A stretch of 64,000 nt of DNA from Azolla caroliniana (GCA_043228905.1 JBHGNT010000004.1:7068001-7132000), one strand, 5' to 3'. Numbered from the stretch's first letter, positions 47,222 to 62,200 are shown. Translations and numbers: made by a program. Notes: generated from the sequence alone by a model not told the origin.

Positions 47222-50200
47222 ATGGGTAATCGAGTCTCCCGTGTGGTCGCCGGATGCTTTGTCCCTAGTGACTCGTATGGCGGCCGGCATCATCGCGATC
47301 GCCCCACATTCTACTATGGTGCTTACCACACGAGCGAGCCTCTGGATGAAGGCTTGGGTCACTCCTTCTGCTACGTCCGCCCGCCCGCATCAGATGCCGG
47401 ACATCTCTCCCCGAAGTCCCATTCCGACAGATTTCCCCTGCCTCTCGCGGCCATTTCATCCTCCTCTGCTGCCACTGACCCTGACCCTGACACTGACCCT
47501 TCCTCTTCCTCCTTCAGAGTGGGAGCAGTTTCCACGGATGCATCATCAGCTACTAATAATCATAGAGCCGAAACACCATCAGCCTCTGCCGCCTTCAAAT
47601 CGATCTCGGGTGCCTCAGTCAGTGCCAACACTTCCACCCCTCGCACGCTCATCTGCCATGAGCAATTCCACTCCTTCGCCAATGTGCCCGATGACCGGCA
47701 TGCTGCCTTTGAAAGCACAGCTTCCTTTGCATCCCTTCCCCTCCAGCCCATCCCGAGAGGGTTTTCTTTGTCGGGACCCATCTCTGGCTCCTTGCAAGAA
47801 AGTTTTCTCGCCGGGGACGAACACCTACAACATCGAGGTTTCATGTCTGGACCTCTTGAACGCGGTTTCATGTCAGAACGCGGCTTTGTGTCAGGTCCCT
47901 TTGAAAGGGGCTTCATGTCTGGCCCTTTGGAGAGAGGCTACATGTCTGGTCCTTTCGAGAATTCAATCCCTGCAGATCAGGCCCATTTCTCCGCTCCCCT
48001 TGCGGGTCCATACCACCTTTGGCGAATGAGAAAACAAAGAAAGTTTGCCCGCATGTTAGAATCGGTACGCAAACCTGTAAGAGCAGCTCTCACAAGAACA
48101 ATCTCATCGACTCTCACTCGCACGCGGCGTTCTCTCGTCACCCCTGTTAGGCAGTTTGTTTGGCGGCACCGCCGCAATGGAAGCAAAGGAGAAACTGTGG
48201 TCTATGAAACCCCTCCCGAGCTCAGATATGCCTGCAGGGATAATGATCCCAATGAGAATCACAACCTTCAGTGGGCTCAAGGCAAGGCTGGTGAAGATCG
48301 TGTTCATGTAGTTGTATCAGAGGATCATGGATGGCTTTTTGTCGGTATCTATGATGGTTTTAATGGCCCGGATGCACCAGATTTCCTCATGAGCAATCTA
48401 TATAGGGCAGTGCACAAGGAGCTTCAAGAGCTTCTCTGGAATTCTCGAGAGGTTTCTGATCGGAACAACAGCTCTCAGGATGAAAGCAAAGATGTGAATG
48501 AGAAGTTCCCTCAAAGTGTCGAGTCAAATGTAAATACAGAGAGATTTGAATTTGGTAGTGTGCATTCTGATGTTCAGTCATCATCAGGGGAGGCCAAGAG
48601 TGGCGTCCTTACAAAAAGCCGTACTTTAAGGGAATTGCTTGCTGATGCAGATACCGAGGCTGAAAACAAACCAAATGGTGCGAAGAAAAGACATCACAGC
48701 CATGAATCTTGTAGTATATTCTGCGAGACGCTGAAGAGGGCGAATTCAGAGCCCTCCTCTTGTCTTCGATTGGGTAAACATCAGGAGGAAGTGTCGGGTC
48801 TTGGTGACAACATTGGTAAAAAGAGTATGGACAGATGCCACGCCAATCTTGATAATGGTATCAGAGCTGCTGGAACAACTAGTATTGGCATGCATAAGGC
48901 CAGCCTTGTGGCAGATGCGGATCCTGCTAGGTGTAGGCCAGAGAGGGTTTCTACAGCATGGACCGAAAAATCTTTTGTTGGAGCCCATTTTATGAATAGA
49001 CAAATAAAAAACAAAAAGACTCTTAAAAAGTCTTCTCCTGACAGGAATAGTCCTTCGATAGAGGCTAAGGAATTTGCCAAGGAGGAGGATTTGAAAGAAG
49101 GGGAGCCAAATTTGTGGAGGCATGGTGAAGTTGATCATGATGCTGTTCTTAAAGCTTTAGCACGAGCACTTGAACAAACTGAAGAAGCATACCTGGCTAT
49201 GGCTGATCGTGCTTTGGATGAGAATCCTGAGCTAGCATTGATGGGTTCATGCATTTTGGTTGCATTGATGAAAGATAAAGATGTGTATGTGCTAAACGTA
49301 GGTGATAGCCGAGCAATTCTTGCGCAGAAGAAGAATGAACACCATTTGATGTCATCTTTCAATTCTGATACTACAAAGAGAGGTAGTGGTGGAAGGGATG
49401 CAATTAGTCGACAGGACCTGGAACGCATATCAGAGGAAAGCCCGATAGCAAATGGAGGAGTCCCCAAATTTACAGCGGAGCTAGGCCCTCCACTCTTCAA
49501 TTCTTCGTTAAGTGCGCTGCAGCTCTCCACAGATCACAGCACAAATATTGAAGAGGTGAGGTGTTTCTTATCCAGAAGTGTTGAAAATTTTCAAGTTTGA
49601 GGTTCCAGTTTGCAGTCAGTGATTGTTCATTCTCTCTCTCTCATGATGGTTAGGAAGTTTACCGAATCAAAGCTGAGCATCCCGATGATACCATGTGTGT
49701 TTTCAATGGCCGTGTGAAGGGGAGATTGAAAGTGACGCGGGCCTTTGGTGCTGGTTTCTTAAAGAAGGTGCCCAAGAAAAGCTCTTTCTTTGTTTCAATT
49801 ATCTGGTTGATTTATTTTGGACATATCATTCGTTCATGCATGGTTGCTCACAATGTGCATACTCATTATATTATTTAGTTCAAGCAATGAATACATCATG
49901 ATACTCACATATAAATGATGGATTCTGCTTCTATGGAGGTCTAGTTAATGATCATCTTTATGTATGTATTTGCAGTCTAGGTGGAATAGTGCAATATTGA
50001 AAATGTTTCAGATTGAATACATTGGATCCGATCCATATGTCAGCTGTACACCTTCCTTGCACCATCATAAACTTGATCCGAATGATCGCTTTCTAGTATT
50101 GTCCTCGGATGGTCTATATCAGTACTTTAGCAACCAAGAAGTAGTCTCACATGTAGAATGGTTCCTGGAGAAATTTCCAGAAGGAGATCCTGCTCAATAT

Positions 50201-52521
50201 CTCATTGAAGAACTTCTATTTCGAGCTGCCAAGAAAGCTGGTAAGGAAATTTCATCTTTTCCAATATTTTGTTAAGAGGAAGGACATCTGAAAACCTTTA
50301 GTTTGATTAATGGACACACCAATTGGGTGTGTTTAATGGAGGGCATACTGTTGATTTATGGAACTCTACATTGTTTCTGATGCTACATACAGTTATAATA
50401 TTAGCATCATTAAGTTTCTTGATGTCATTTTGGCTGATAAATGCAAGGTACAAATGAGATGATGCGGGCACGGAGGATGTCTGACCCATATTCAACATTG
50501 ACCTGATAGTAATGATTATAGCCACAGTCATTTGTGACGTGAAATCTTGGTCCCGGAATAGCCCAGAATATACTGGAAATGTCCATGCCCCCATATGAAT
50601 GTTTCAAGTCACTCATGTTAATGTCGGAGTAATATGGCATGGAAAATGTGTTTGCAAAAGGATGAAAGTAAGTGAAATCTGTTGCATTGCTAGATGAGAG
50701 AAACAAGAATTCAGGTAGAGAGTTAGAATCATCATTACGGGAGACTATACCATGTTCAAGAGAGTGAGGTAGGATGTGACTGACCGAAAATACCAAGCTT
50801 GAGTGGATCCTTGTCCGTACCCCTTTTGATATTAACCTGAATGATCTTAGAGATCATGGATACATACAAGATCCTATTCATTGATTCCATCCTTCATCGG
50901 AAATGTCGCTGGATCTACTATGGTGGTCTAAGTTAGGTTCCTCAAACTGGACTCCATGTAAGACTGTTGAATATTCATGTGACTAATATGTATGTCAAAT
51001 CATCACAATTTCCTGAAATCCAGATTATGCCATTATTTCCTTCCTTAGCCTCCTTAATGACAATCCAGTCGATCTTACCTACTGCAGGATGGGTTCTCTA
51101 GCATTTGAATTGCTGCTTCATTCCCAATTAGGTTCTTGACAATAATTGAAAATCCTTGGTGATCATTTGGTTTTTTTACCTTTGCTACTTGTTTAACCCT
51201 ATTTTTTTCTTTCCTTTCATCGTTCTTCTCCATATTTTTTGTTTTCTTGATGAAGTTCTCTCGATAACTTCTTGAAATTGCTGGTCATGAAGCCTGGAAT
51301 GGTAGAAACCAGAAAAACAGAGGAAATGAGTTTACAACCTTTCTTTTTGTTGTTTAGTATAGGAGTGTAAAACCACATTTATGAACTATAAAAGAATATA
51401 CATCTAATCCACATTCATTTTACATCGAGGTCAAAGTTAACTCTCCATCCAATCATTTTACATTAAGGATGATGTCTGAAACATGTGCATTTGTAATAGA
51501 TCTGAATAGATACAAGATTGCAATGTCAATATGAAACGTCATTGGAACACTCCCCGTGGGAAACCTCTATGATTATATTTATCTTCAAATCATCATAGAG
51601 ATTATCATCTTCGAAACTTTTCTATTAGATGTCCTCGCTTAGAAAAGAATGTAAAATATGGCATAGATTCAGACGTCCAGCTGCTGCATGTAGTCCAATA
51701 TGCCACTGGCCTTCATCTGCTTGACAGGGTTTGTGTCAATGCGGATGGAATAAACTTAAGAAATTAAGATAGCGAAAAATTTATTATGAGGTGGTTAGGG
51801 AATATAACTTTTTAAAAATTGTCACTTCATGATCAATGATAAAAGAGAGCTGAAAAATAAACACATCTTTTCTCCAAAATTCACTCTTTGAGTGTACACT
51901 ACATTATGCGTAAATTATACAGATGTAAATAGCTCTAACAAATCTGATTTTAGTTGTGTTAAAGAATCATCTCCCCACTAATGAACATTTGGCAGTTCTT
52001 GAGAACAGGAGATAAATTTTCATCTTTTATTTGTTTATTGGTTAAAACTAGAATGATTATAATCAAGAAAAAATGGTGAAACCAAATCCTTTTTCCTTTT
52101 CCTTTTTCTGTTGTCTTTTCATTTCCTAAGAATAGCACACATGGCGTTATTGTTATTTGAAACTCTATGAGGGATTCCAATGTGATGGTTTTCAGAACAC
52201 ACTGGGTATTTTTTCAAGTGGTGATGCATTATTCCTGCATTACATAGTGATAGGAGATCAATGGATGAAAATTATGCAGTCAAACTTTTAGTATTTTATT
52301 TTGTAGAGTAATTCAATTCGTATGGAAATATTTTTTATCCCTCATAGGGGACCATCTTTTGTAGACAGATTGATCTAATGAAATAGGTATTTGCCCTTTG
52401 TTCAGGAATGGATTTCCATGAGTTACTAGATATTCCACAAGGCGACAGGCGCAAATATCATGACGATGTTTCAGTGATGGTTGTTGCTATAGATGGAAGA
52501 ATATGGAGGTCCTCCGGCTAA
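47222..52521 (+). CDS. PLL: POLTERGEIST-like protein phosphatase 2C (clade C, POL/PLL family), 942 aa; exons 47222-49555, 49654-49767, 49976-50240, 52406-52521
   Basis: MGN..S...GCF acylation-type N-terminus, [27 protein letters not shown] repeats, [59 protein letters not shown]. All introns are GT-AG and the frames join (2829 nt). Confidence 0.93.
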
Positions 52522-53290
52522 TAGTTGCAAAATCAACACATAAAACCATCATCTTAGTAGTAGCCACATATTGCAAGCTTCTTGCTTTCTTGCCACAGAA
52601 ATTTCATTTTTTCTTGAAGCAACAAAAAGAAGGAAATTCTTTTATTTGGAGGCTATCTTTCTTTCTATCTATCTATTTATCTATCTACCTTTATATAAAT
52701 TCATTTATTTGCGCAAAACGTGTGAAGATCCGGACCTACCAGACAATAGAGTTCATCTCTGGACTTGAATCACATAAATGAAAAGAATACAAAGTGTACA
52801 TGTTCGGTCATTTGTAGAAGAAAATCGAGGTGGCATTCATTCAAGTTTCAGAAGCACATAACCGTGGCTATATATATCGGTATATGCAGGGCAGACAAGG
52901 TTTTTAATTACGTGCGAATTTGGAAGTGGAAAAACATTACATATTTGTGAATGGTCAATCTCTCTTGTGTACTTAATACCCCTCCCACCCCTCCACTCGC
53001 TCCTTTGATTTTTGTAAATTTTGGTTCCTTTTTTGAAACTTTAGCAGGCATGATCACGTGCATAATATGTGCTTCGTTGCTTGAGGAACATCATGTAATT
53101 TATTATTTTGCACCTAACTAGACTAACTAGTCTAGTTTCCTATGAAATGAAGCATATCTTCTCCTCTTTTCCTGTAAAAATAGTATTTATAAATAGATAA
53201 CATGACATTACAGAAGGCCCTTGTTGACCCTACTACACTAATAGATAGATTTTATTATCATCCTTTAAGGTCAAATATGATCTGTGAATA

Positions 53291-53851
53291 AATCATTTTC
53301 ACATCGTATGTGTGAAATTGAGTGGCGACTCTCAATGTTCAAGAATTATATTGGTTGTTGTAATTGAAGGTGCATATTGTGATTGTGAAAGGAATTTGTT
53401 TAGGGAGTGGACCAGATTGATAATCTGTTTTGGATATGGTTTAATGTATGCAAATATGCTGATTGCTGCACTTGTTTAGGGCAAAACAAGCATTGGTGAC
53501 GAGTCTCCTCAATTTTGCCTTGATGCCCCATCTCACATCAAAGAGAATGTGAACTCAGTTGCATCGTATGTGAACTCAATCATTTTCACATCGTATGTGT
53601 GAAATTGAGTGGCGACTCTCAATGTTCAAGAATTATATTGGTTGTTGTAATTGAAGGTGCATATTGTGATTGTGAAAGGAATTTGTTTAGGGAGTGGACC
53701 AGATTGATAATCTGTTTTGGATATGGTTTAATGTATGCAAATATGCTGATTGCTGCACTTGTTTAGGGCAAAACAAGCATTGGTGACGAGTCTCCTCAAT
53801 TTTGCCTTGATGCCCCATCTCACATCAAAGAGAATGTGAACTCAGTTGCAT
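53291..53851. repeat. Near-identical ~273-bp tandem duplication (period 287)
   Basis: AATCATTTTCACATCGTATGTGTGAAATTGAG at 53291 and 53578. Confidence 0.9.
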
Positions 53852-55089
53852 TGAAGCAATGGTATTGATGGTAGACAAAGGAATGGACTCTTGCGTATAT
53901 TGAAGTGTGGTTTACTTGTTCAGAGAAGACGATGGTTTTGTAGTTCGATGCAATGGGTGTAATATAATGCATGAACATTGAGCCTCCACATCTTTCCCAA
54001 GTTATGACACATTGGCGTTCCAAAGTTGTATTCATGGAGGAATATTTGATGCATCATGAAGCACATGAGATGCATCCAATTCTCCAAACTATACTATCCA
54101 TTCATTTAGAACACAAAATTTTGCTTATGCATATACTAGATAACCTTCCATGGCCATTGATCTCAATAGGAAGAATCTAGTCTCAAGTAAGAGTACATAT
54201 TGCGTTTATGGCTTGACTTGAAGGAAATGCGTAAGTTAGTACTTTTAAACGTTTTCAAACTCTTTCCAAGTATTGATACCAATGTGTTTTTAGAGGGGCA
54301 TTTTTTGAGAATACTACATTTAATTCTGCACTATTTGCTTACTTTCCCCAATGCATAGTAATCCCCCTTTCTTGCTTCTAAGCAAGATGTGTAGCATATG
54401 TTCATACCATCTATGATTGGAGGGAACCTCAAGACCAAGATCTTTGAAGCTTGCCACAATATCAAGTGGTTCATTATGCAACAGTCACAAGTGGTTCATC
54501 ATGGCAACATAAACCCTCTAAGGTGTTGTAAGACCAGTTGACATACACACAACTCCTTTGAGGACACGATGATGTAAGATTAGTTGATGTAAGATAATCA
54601 TATTGTTGAATGTAAAGGTTCAAGTTGAGCTCTCCATTTGTACATTTATAAAGGCCCTTTCACACCGATTGGGTTCACATTTCTAGTAGCTCACATAATT
54701 TCATCAATGATCATTTGGTTCTGATGTTGGGACTTAACGCCAAGTCTAAGTTATCACACTTACCAAGTCCATCTAGTAGAGGAAGGAGTTCAATATATCA
54801 ATAGTGTGATTCATCAATGGCCAATCCATATGGATATCTATGTGGAAAAACTCGACTTCCTTGGTTATGTATGGTTTCTTAATAAGAATTCCTCTTCATC
54901 CAGTAATTGGGTGAACCACACAACACCGTTTTCATTAAATAATTCTCAACACTTTATTCATTGTGTCGAACCTTTGTTTGTCTCTACTCTTTGTAGTGCA
55001 TCATTTTTTGATTCTTCTTGTTCTACAATGTATTGTTGTGCCCTTGATCTCGATCTCTAGATATATAATGTATCAAGAGCCGGGGATCA

Positions 55090-57700
55090 ATTACCATATT
55101 TTTAGCAACAATTACTTGACTCACGCTTAAAAGAGTTTCAAGATGTCTTCCCTAAGGAACAACCAAAAGGGTTACCTCCTAAACATAATGTTGAAAATCA
55201 TATCAATCTCACATAGGGTATTTCACATGTGAGTATTTCTCCATATCAACTTATTTGAATTGAAGAAGTTGAGATTGCTTTGCCACTTATGGAGCACTTA
55301 AGGATGGATTATCTTCTTCTGGTCAAGAAAAAAGATATATCTTGGCACCTATGTATTAACTATAATTGTTTGAAAAAAGTTACTATAAAAAATAGTTATC
55401 CCTTGCCTCGACCATATGATTTGATAGATATTCGACAAGGAGCTAAATACTTTTGAAAGATTGATTTGAGAACTAGTTATCACCAAATTCACATTACCTA
55501 ACATGATAATCCAAAGAAAACATTTCGTATGCACTATGGCCATTACGAGTTTCTAGTCATGCCTTTTGGGTTTTGTAATGCTCGGAAAGAAATGAATGCT
55601 ATGTTTGGGGATCAACTCAGAAAGTTTATCATTGTATTCTTAAATGATATTCTTATTTATAGATCTACATTAGATGAACATGGTAAAAATGCTTGTTTTG
55701 TCATTCAAACATTACATGACAAACAATTATATACCAAGACATCGAAGTGTGAGTTTTTGAAGAAGTCAATTACTTATCTTGGACATTTTATCACTAAAAA
55801 GGTGTACAAATTTATGCTTCTCTAATAGAGAAAGTGAAACTATGACCTACTCCCTAAATAGTTCAAGAACTACATTCATTTTTAGGTTTTGTGGGTTTCT
55901 TGCGAAAATCTATTTGCAATTGCTCCCAATTGATGAGAGTAAGAAACCTTTTTCTACTGATCGTCAATACTCAATTCAAGAAAAATAAGTATTTGCAATC
56001 ATGCAAGCTCTTAAGTCATGGAGGCATTACCAAAATGTAAATAGTTTTGTGATAACTACTAACCACCAACCTTTTAGATATTTTTGTGACCAACATGACC
56101 CCTTGGGTTGTAAGGAACGATGGGTAGATCTCATTCAGGACTTTGATTTCTCTATACGATATCGTAAAGGATGACCAATGTTGTTGATGCATTGAGTCGT
56201 ATTCATGAAGTTAACATGCTTAGTTTCAGTGAGACAAAATCTGATCTATATGAACATCTGTGAGGAAAGTACCTTGATGGCAATTATTTTAGGAAATTTT
56301 GGGTTAGAGCTAAATTTGGAATAAATGCCATAAATACTTCATCCTCGAATGGAACCTTCCACATGGCAAATGGTCTACTCTACCATAATCGAAAAGGTTT
56401 GTGTACCTCATTTGCTTGAGGTAAAAAGCGAAAATTCTTTTTGAATGTCATGACACATTCTCATCAAGGCATCTTGGGATATATCATGCACTTGTTCTTA
56501 CTGCTTCTCAAATTTTTGGTCTAAAATGCATCCTAATGCAGAAGATTATACGATTAAATGTCATTAATGTTAGGTTAACAAGGTTCAATGACTTAAGGTT
56601 GTAGAGCTTTGACATCCTTTGGTTATTTCTAATGATAGATGGGAAAGTATATCAATGAATTTCATTGTTAGTTTACTCCACATTTAAAAAGGTTATTATG
56701 CCATTTGGGTAGTAGTTATTAGATTGATGAAAATGGCCAGATTCATTCCAACGAAATCCATGGTGACAACTCGGAAGTTGACTTACCAATTCATTAATGA
56801 GTTATTTTGATGCATATTGTGAGTGACAAAGATTCTGCATTTACTTATGATTTTTTGACACAAGTTTGTAAGAAACTAGAAACTACTTTGAGCATGGATT
56901 CCAAAGACCACCCTCAGTTTGAAAGACAAACAAAACTAGTTCATCATATCATTACGGATATGCTTCGAGTATACGTCGCCAAGAAGCCTACTAAATGGGA
57001 ACCATACCTTCCTATTTTGGAGTTTTCTTTAATAGATTCAAATATACATCAACAGGATATAGTCCTTTTATGTTGATATATGGTTTTTAGCGAATGTCCC
57101 GACCAATGTTCACATTCATCATGATGAGCTACAAAGTACAAAAAGCTTTCAAAGGGATATGCAAGACATGTTGAACATAACTCAAGTTAATATAAAAACG
57201 GCTCAAGATAGAGCTTGCTTTTATGCTCACCAACATCGTTAACTGTGTGTAATTCTCCTTGGAAAATAAATGTTTTTACATGTGCATCATGACTCTACAA
57301 CATTGTCTACGGGTAAGTTTGCTAAATTTGTCTCACACTTTTGTGGAGCTTTCCTCATCCTCAAGCATATTGCTTCATCTCCCTATCGTCCCGAACTTCC
57401 AAATGGCATCAAAGTCCATCATGTTTTTCATGTTTGTAGTATCAAAGAGCTCTTAGGTTTTGACTATAATTAAGTTTCTATTAAACCTTTGGTTATTCTT
57501 GAGGATTTGACATCCAAACCTCAAAATTCTCAATTAAAAGGGGAGAAGTATGTTACAACATAACTGTAACTATAATTATATAACCTTAGGGTTAGCTGTG
57601 GGCTAACCATATGGAATGAAGGGTGAGGATTGAGTTATCTTAATTCTATGATGAGGAATAACTTAAGAGCATTTAATCACTTAGCCACTTATTAAAAAAT
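55090..57700 (+). mobile_element. Highly degenerate chromovirus-type gypsy pol (RT, RNase H, integrase), PPT and start of 3' LTR at 57551
   Basis: YGHYEFLVMPFG.CNA, IIVFLNDILIY, SKCEF, IVSDKDSAFT..F, HPQ...QT; PPT AAAAGGGGAGAAG before TGTTAC; many stops. The LTR end was not located. Confidence 0.75.
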
Positions 57701-59269
57701 ACATCAATTGGAGCAAGCAAACACATCAATATATGTTAGAGCCCCATCCCGTTGTATGCCATTTGAACCATGTGAAAAGGGGCGTTGGGGCACACTTTGC
57801 ACATAAACAAGTTTGGGAGTATCTCACAGTATAGTCTACATTATCAATTTTGACTTTCATTAGTAAAGTTTGTTGCTCACATTCACATGAATTACGTGAA
57901 AATGTTTTATTTTGGTCTTATATGTCATATTTGATCTTTTTTTTTTGAAGAAAGGGTGCTTCCCCATTAGTTAGGTAAAATGTCTTTATAGTTTGATATG
58001 TACACCAGTAATGTATCATAGGCACTCAACAATTCTATCTGCCACATTACCCTATCTAGTACGTACTTCTCTCTCTCTCTTTATCATTGAACTCCCCTAA
58101 AACCGATATTAAGCCCGAACAACACGAAGATATCGTAATCTTCATATATTCCAGGACGACCAATTTCTATTGATCATCTTGTGACTTGCAAATTTTTAGA
58201 AAAATACCATGTAATTTCCTTGCGGATATAACCATTTAGGCATGGTGTAGCACCACTTTGGCACGTTGTTTACATTGTCCACCAAATGCGAATTTGAACA
58301 TGATTGTTGAAAGGAAAGTCTCGCAGCTTCTAGTGTGTTTGAATAGCCTTGTACCTCTTGATATTGAGCTCAAATATTCGTTTCGAGATCACACCATAGA
58401 GCAGTACTTGTCTCCCCTAATCAACTTGCCTACCAGAAGAGATCTATGGCTACATAACCCATAATTGTTTCCAATATAGTTTTAAGAAATTGTTGAGTGA
58501 GCAAGCTCAACATGATCCGGATCGGCTGAATAAGCCAAGTGCCGGATTAGCATCCAGAATGAAGAGCTGGATCGGTGTCCGGATTTGAGTGTAACCGGTA
58601 GGCCGTTAGAGGTCTACGATCCTAGCCTAGTACGTAGGCATATTTTTAGGAGTCAGTGTGTAAGGAATAGACGCTTCTATTCACCTTCTTCACTCGGCCA
58701 CAACCGATTAATCGCGGATCAATGGAGCAGAAAATAGGAAACACACGTAGAAACAAAACGAAGAAAACGCGAGTACACAAGGATTAACGTGGAAAACCCT
58801 ATATGGGAAAAAACCACGGGAGTGCGAGACTCCAAACCAAAACTATGCACAGAGAGATTTACAATGGCGAGCTGCAAGGCAACGACCTTGAGCTCGCTTC
58901 CTTCGCCACAGGCGGCGGTGTTACACAGAGACGTCGACCTCTTCCTCTCTCGCACTCTCTCTCTCTCTCTCACGGCTGCTCTCTCTTCACTCCTCTAAAG
59001 TGAAAAACCAGAAAAATGAGAAGCAAGCAACAAAACTGTTTGCCCTAAGTCATATTTATACTTATATGACTTTGGGCTATTTACAACTGTAGCCTCAGAG
59101 GCCCATGGTGAACATATTCACGGATATGTCCCTGCATCCGGATCGCTTTCCGGGTACATTCGTCATCCGGTACCGAAACCGGGGTCTTCGTCATCCGGAT
59201 CCGAAACCGAAACCGGGCATCCATCTCCGATATCCGACCATCCCATGAGAAGGGACCGTAATCCCAACA

Positions 59270-59283
59270 AACTCCCCCTTCAC
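59270..59283 (-). promoter_or_regulatory. Polypurine tract overlapping the Pol stop codon
   Basis: GTGAAGGGGGAGTT directly before the 3' LTR. Confidence 0.9.
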
Positions 59284-62200
59284 TTCGGCATGGGATGTCT
59301 CTCCAATCCGATCCTCTTCCGGCATGCTTCCAGCTTGTCGGGTGTGAGCACCTTGGTCAGCATATCCGACCCGTTCTCGTCCGTGTGGATCTTCATCAGC
59401 ACGAACTCCTTGTCTTCTATCCTTTCCCGGATCCAGTGATATCTTCGCTGGATGTGCTTCGTCCGGGAGTGATAGGCCGCGTTCTTCGCAAGGTGGATTG
59501 CACTCTGACTGTCGCAGTAGAGTCGGTACTCCTCCTGCCGGATACCGAGCTCTCTAATGAAGTCCTTCATCCATATTACTTCCTTGTCGGCTTCAACAGC
59601 TGCCATGTACTCCGCCTCCGTGGTTGACAACGCAACCGTCTTCTGCAGCCTCGACTGCCATGAAACAGCTCCCCCTGCATACGTCATCACATACCCTGAT
59701 GTGGACCGACTGGTATCTGCATCAGCCGACATATCCGAATCGGTGAAGCCGTCGAGTTCGGGCTTACCGGAGCCGAATCGGAGGCACACGTTTGCCGTGC
59801 CCTTCAGGTATCGGAGTATCCACTTGGCCGCGTTCCAATGCTCTTTGCCGGGATTGCTCATGTACCGGCTCACCACTCCGACTGCATATCCTATGTCCGG
59901 TCTCGTACACACCATGGCGTACATCAAGCTCCCGACGGCTGAGGCATACGGCACTTTCATCATATCCTCCTTTTCAGCCTTTGTCTTGGGACTTTGCTTG
60001 CTGGACAGCTTGCAGTTTGCCGGGAGGGTCGATCCGACCGGTCTTGCTTCCGACATGTTGAACCGGTGAAGCACCTTCGTCACGTACTTCTCCTGTGACA
60101 GCCACAACAGCTTCTTCTTCCGGTCCCGGATGATATGCATCCCTAGAATTTGTCTCGCCGAACCCAGGTCCTTCATTGAGAAGGTTCGGTGAAGAGCCTT
60201 CTTCAGCATCCGTATCTTGACCTGGTCCCGTCCGACGATCAACATGTCGTCCACGTACAGGAGGAGTATTAGAAAGTCTCCTCCTTCGAACTTCTTCACA
60301 AACACGCAGTGGTCCGACTGCGTTTTGAGGTAACCTTCGTCGGTCATGAAGGAGTCGAACTTCCGGTACCATTGCCGGGGAGCCTGCTTCAGTCCGTAAA
60401 GGCTCTTCTTCAATCGGCATACCAGGTGCTCCTTCCCTTTCTTCTCGAATCCTTCCGGTTGCTGCATGTAGATCTCTTCATCGAGGTCACCGTGGAGGAA
60501 TGCCGTCTTCACGTCCATCTGTTCTACCTCGAGGTCCATGATTGCCGCTATGCTCAGCACCGTCCGGATGGAGGTCATCTTCACTACCGGGGCAAATATC
60601 TCGTCGAAGTCGACGCCCTTCTTCTGCTGAAACCCCTTCACCACGATCCTGGCTTTGTATCTCGGGGGGTTTCCGGCATCTCCCGGTTTCAGCTTGAACA
60701 CCCACTTGTTACGGAGTGCCCGTTTTCCTTTCGGCAGCTCCACAAGTTCATATGTGTGATTCTCATGCAGGGAATCCATCTCGTCCTGCATGGCACTCAA
60801 CCACCTGCGGCTCTGGGTGTCATGTTTTGCTTCTTCAAAGCTCTCCGGCTCCCCCTCGTCGGTTAGCAGCACGTGCTCTGGTTCCGGAAATCTCCGGGGG
60901 GCCCTTCTCTCTCTTAAAGGATATCTCCGTTCCGGAGCTTCGGTAACCGGTTCTTCCGATTCTTCTTCATCCGAATCCATTTCGGGATCGGGGCCGGTTC
61001 CGGTATCATTTTCATCTTCTTCGGCCGGTTCTGTTTCTTCACCGTCTTCGGCCGGATCCTCGAGTGTTAACCGGTCCCTTGCCGGTCGGGACTGCTCCTC
61101 GTAGAGTTGATCCTCACCGGTCGACTTGGAGCTCTTCATCTTCTTCTCCGACTCCCAGTCGGCGAGTGTCTTGTCCTCCATGAAGATGATATCTCGACTC
61201 CTGAATATCTTCTTGTCGACCGGGTCCCATACTCGGTAGCCGAACTCGTCGTCGCCATAACCGAGGAATATGCATGGCCGGGTCTTTGGATCTAGCTTTC
61301 CTCTCCGGTCCTTTGCCACATGCACGTAGGCGAGACACCCGAACACCTTCAGATGCCGGTAGGATACTTCCCTACCGGTCCACACTCTCTGCGGCGTGTC
61401 TCCGTCCAAAGGTACTGAGGGTGATCTATTTATCACATACGTCGCCGTCGACATTGCCTCAGCCCAAAATCCCTTGGGTAGTTTCGCATGCGCCAGCATA
61501 CTCCGGACCCTCTCCATTATGGTCCGGTTCATCCTCTCGGCCAGCCCGTTCAGTTCCGGCGTCTTCGGCACAGTAAACTCGAGTCGGATTCCCTTCGAGC
61601 GACAGTACTCGTGGAACTGCCCTCGGTATTCCCCTCCGTTATCCGCTCGTATCGCTTTCAGCTTCTTGCCGGATTCCCTTTCCAACCTCGCGTGGAGTTC
61701 TTTGAAGACGGGCAATACTTGGTCCTTTGTCTTCAAAGGTGCCGTCCACAGTCTTCGGCTGTGGTCATCTATGAATGTTACGAAGTACTGGGCTCCGCCG
61801 TGTGACTTCGTTTCTACCTGACACACGTCGGTGTGCACCAACTCCAATGGTGCGCTACGTCTCGTCGGTGGCCTTGAGTGGAAGGAGGTTCGGTTCTGCT
61901 TACCGGCCAGGCAATCGGTGCACTTCTCCAGGTGCACATGCTTCACTGGAATGAGGTTGTCTTCTGCAAGCCTCTTCATCCCCTTCTCGCTCATGTGGCA
62001 CAGTCTCTTGTGCCACAGCTCACCGGCAGTGTCGGCTGCCACATTCAGCTCTTCCGGACATAATCGGGCATTAATCAGGTATAGTGTGTTGACCTTCCGG
62101 GCCCGAGCCACTATTAGGCTCCCCTTGCTGAACTTCATGACACCGTTCCGGATGCTACCCGTGTAGCCTTCATCGTCTAGCCTTCCGGCCGAAATCAGGT

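Noticed and set aside
46575-47223. Minus-strand ORFs overlapping the PLL 5' region, and the 19-codon upstream extension from 47165
   Set aside because: These are low-complexity microsatellite translations; the MGN start at 47222 fits the family's Gly2 acylation motif.
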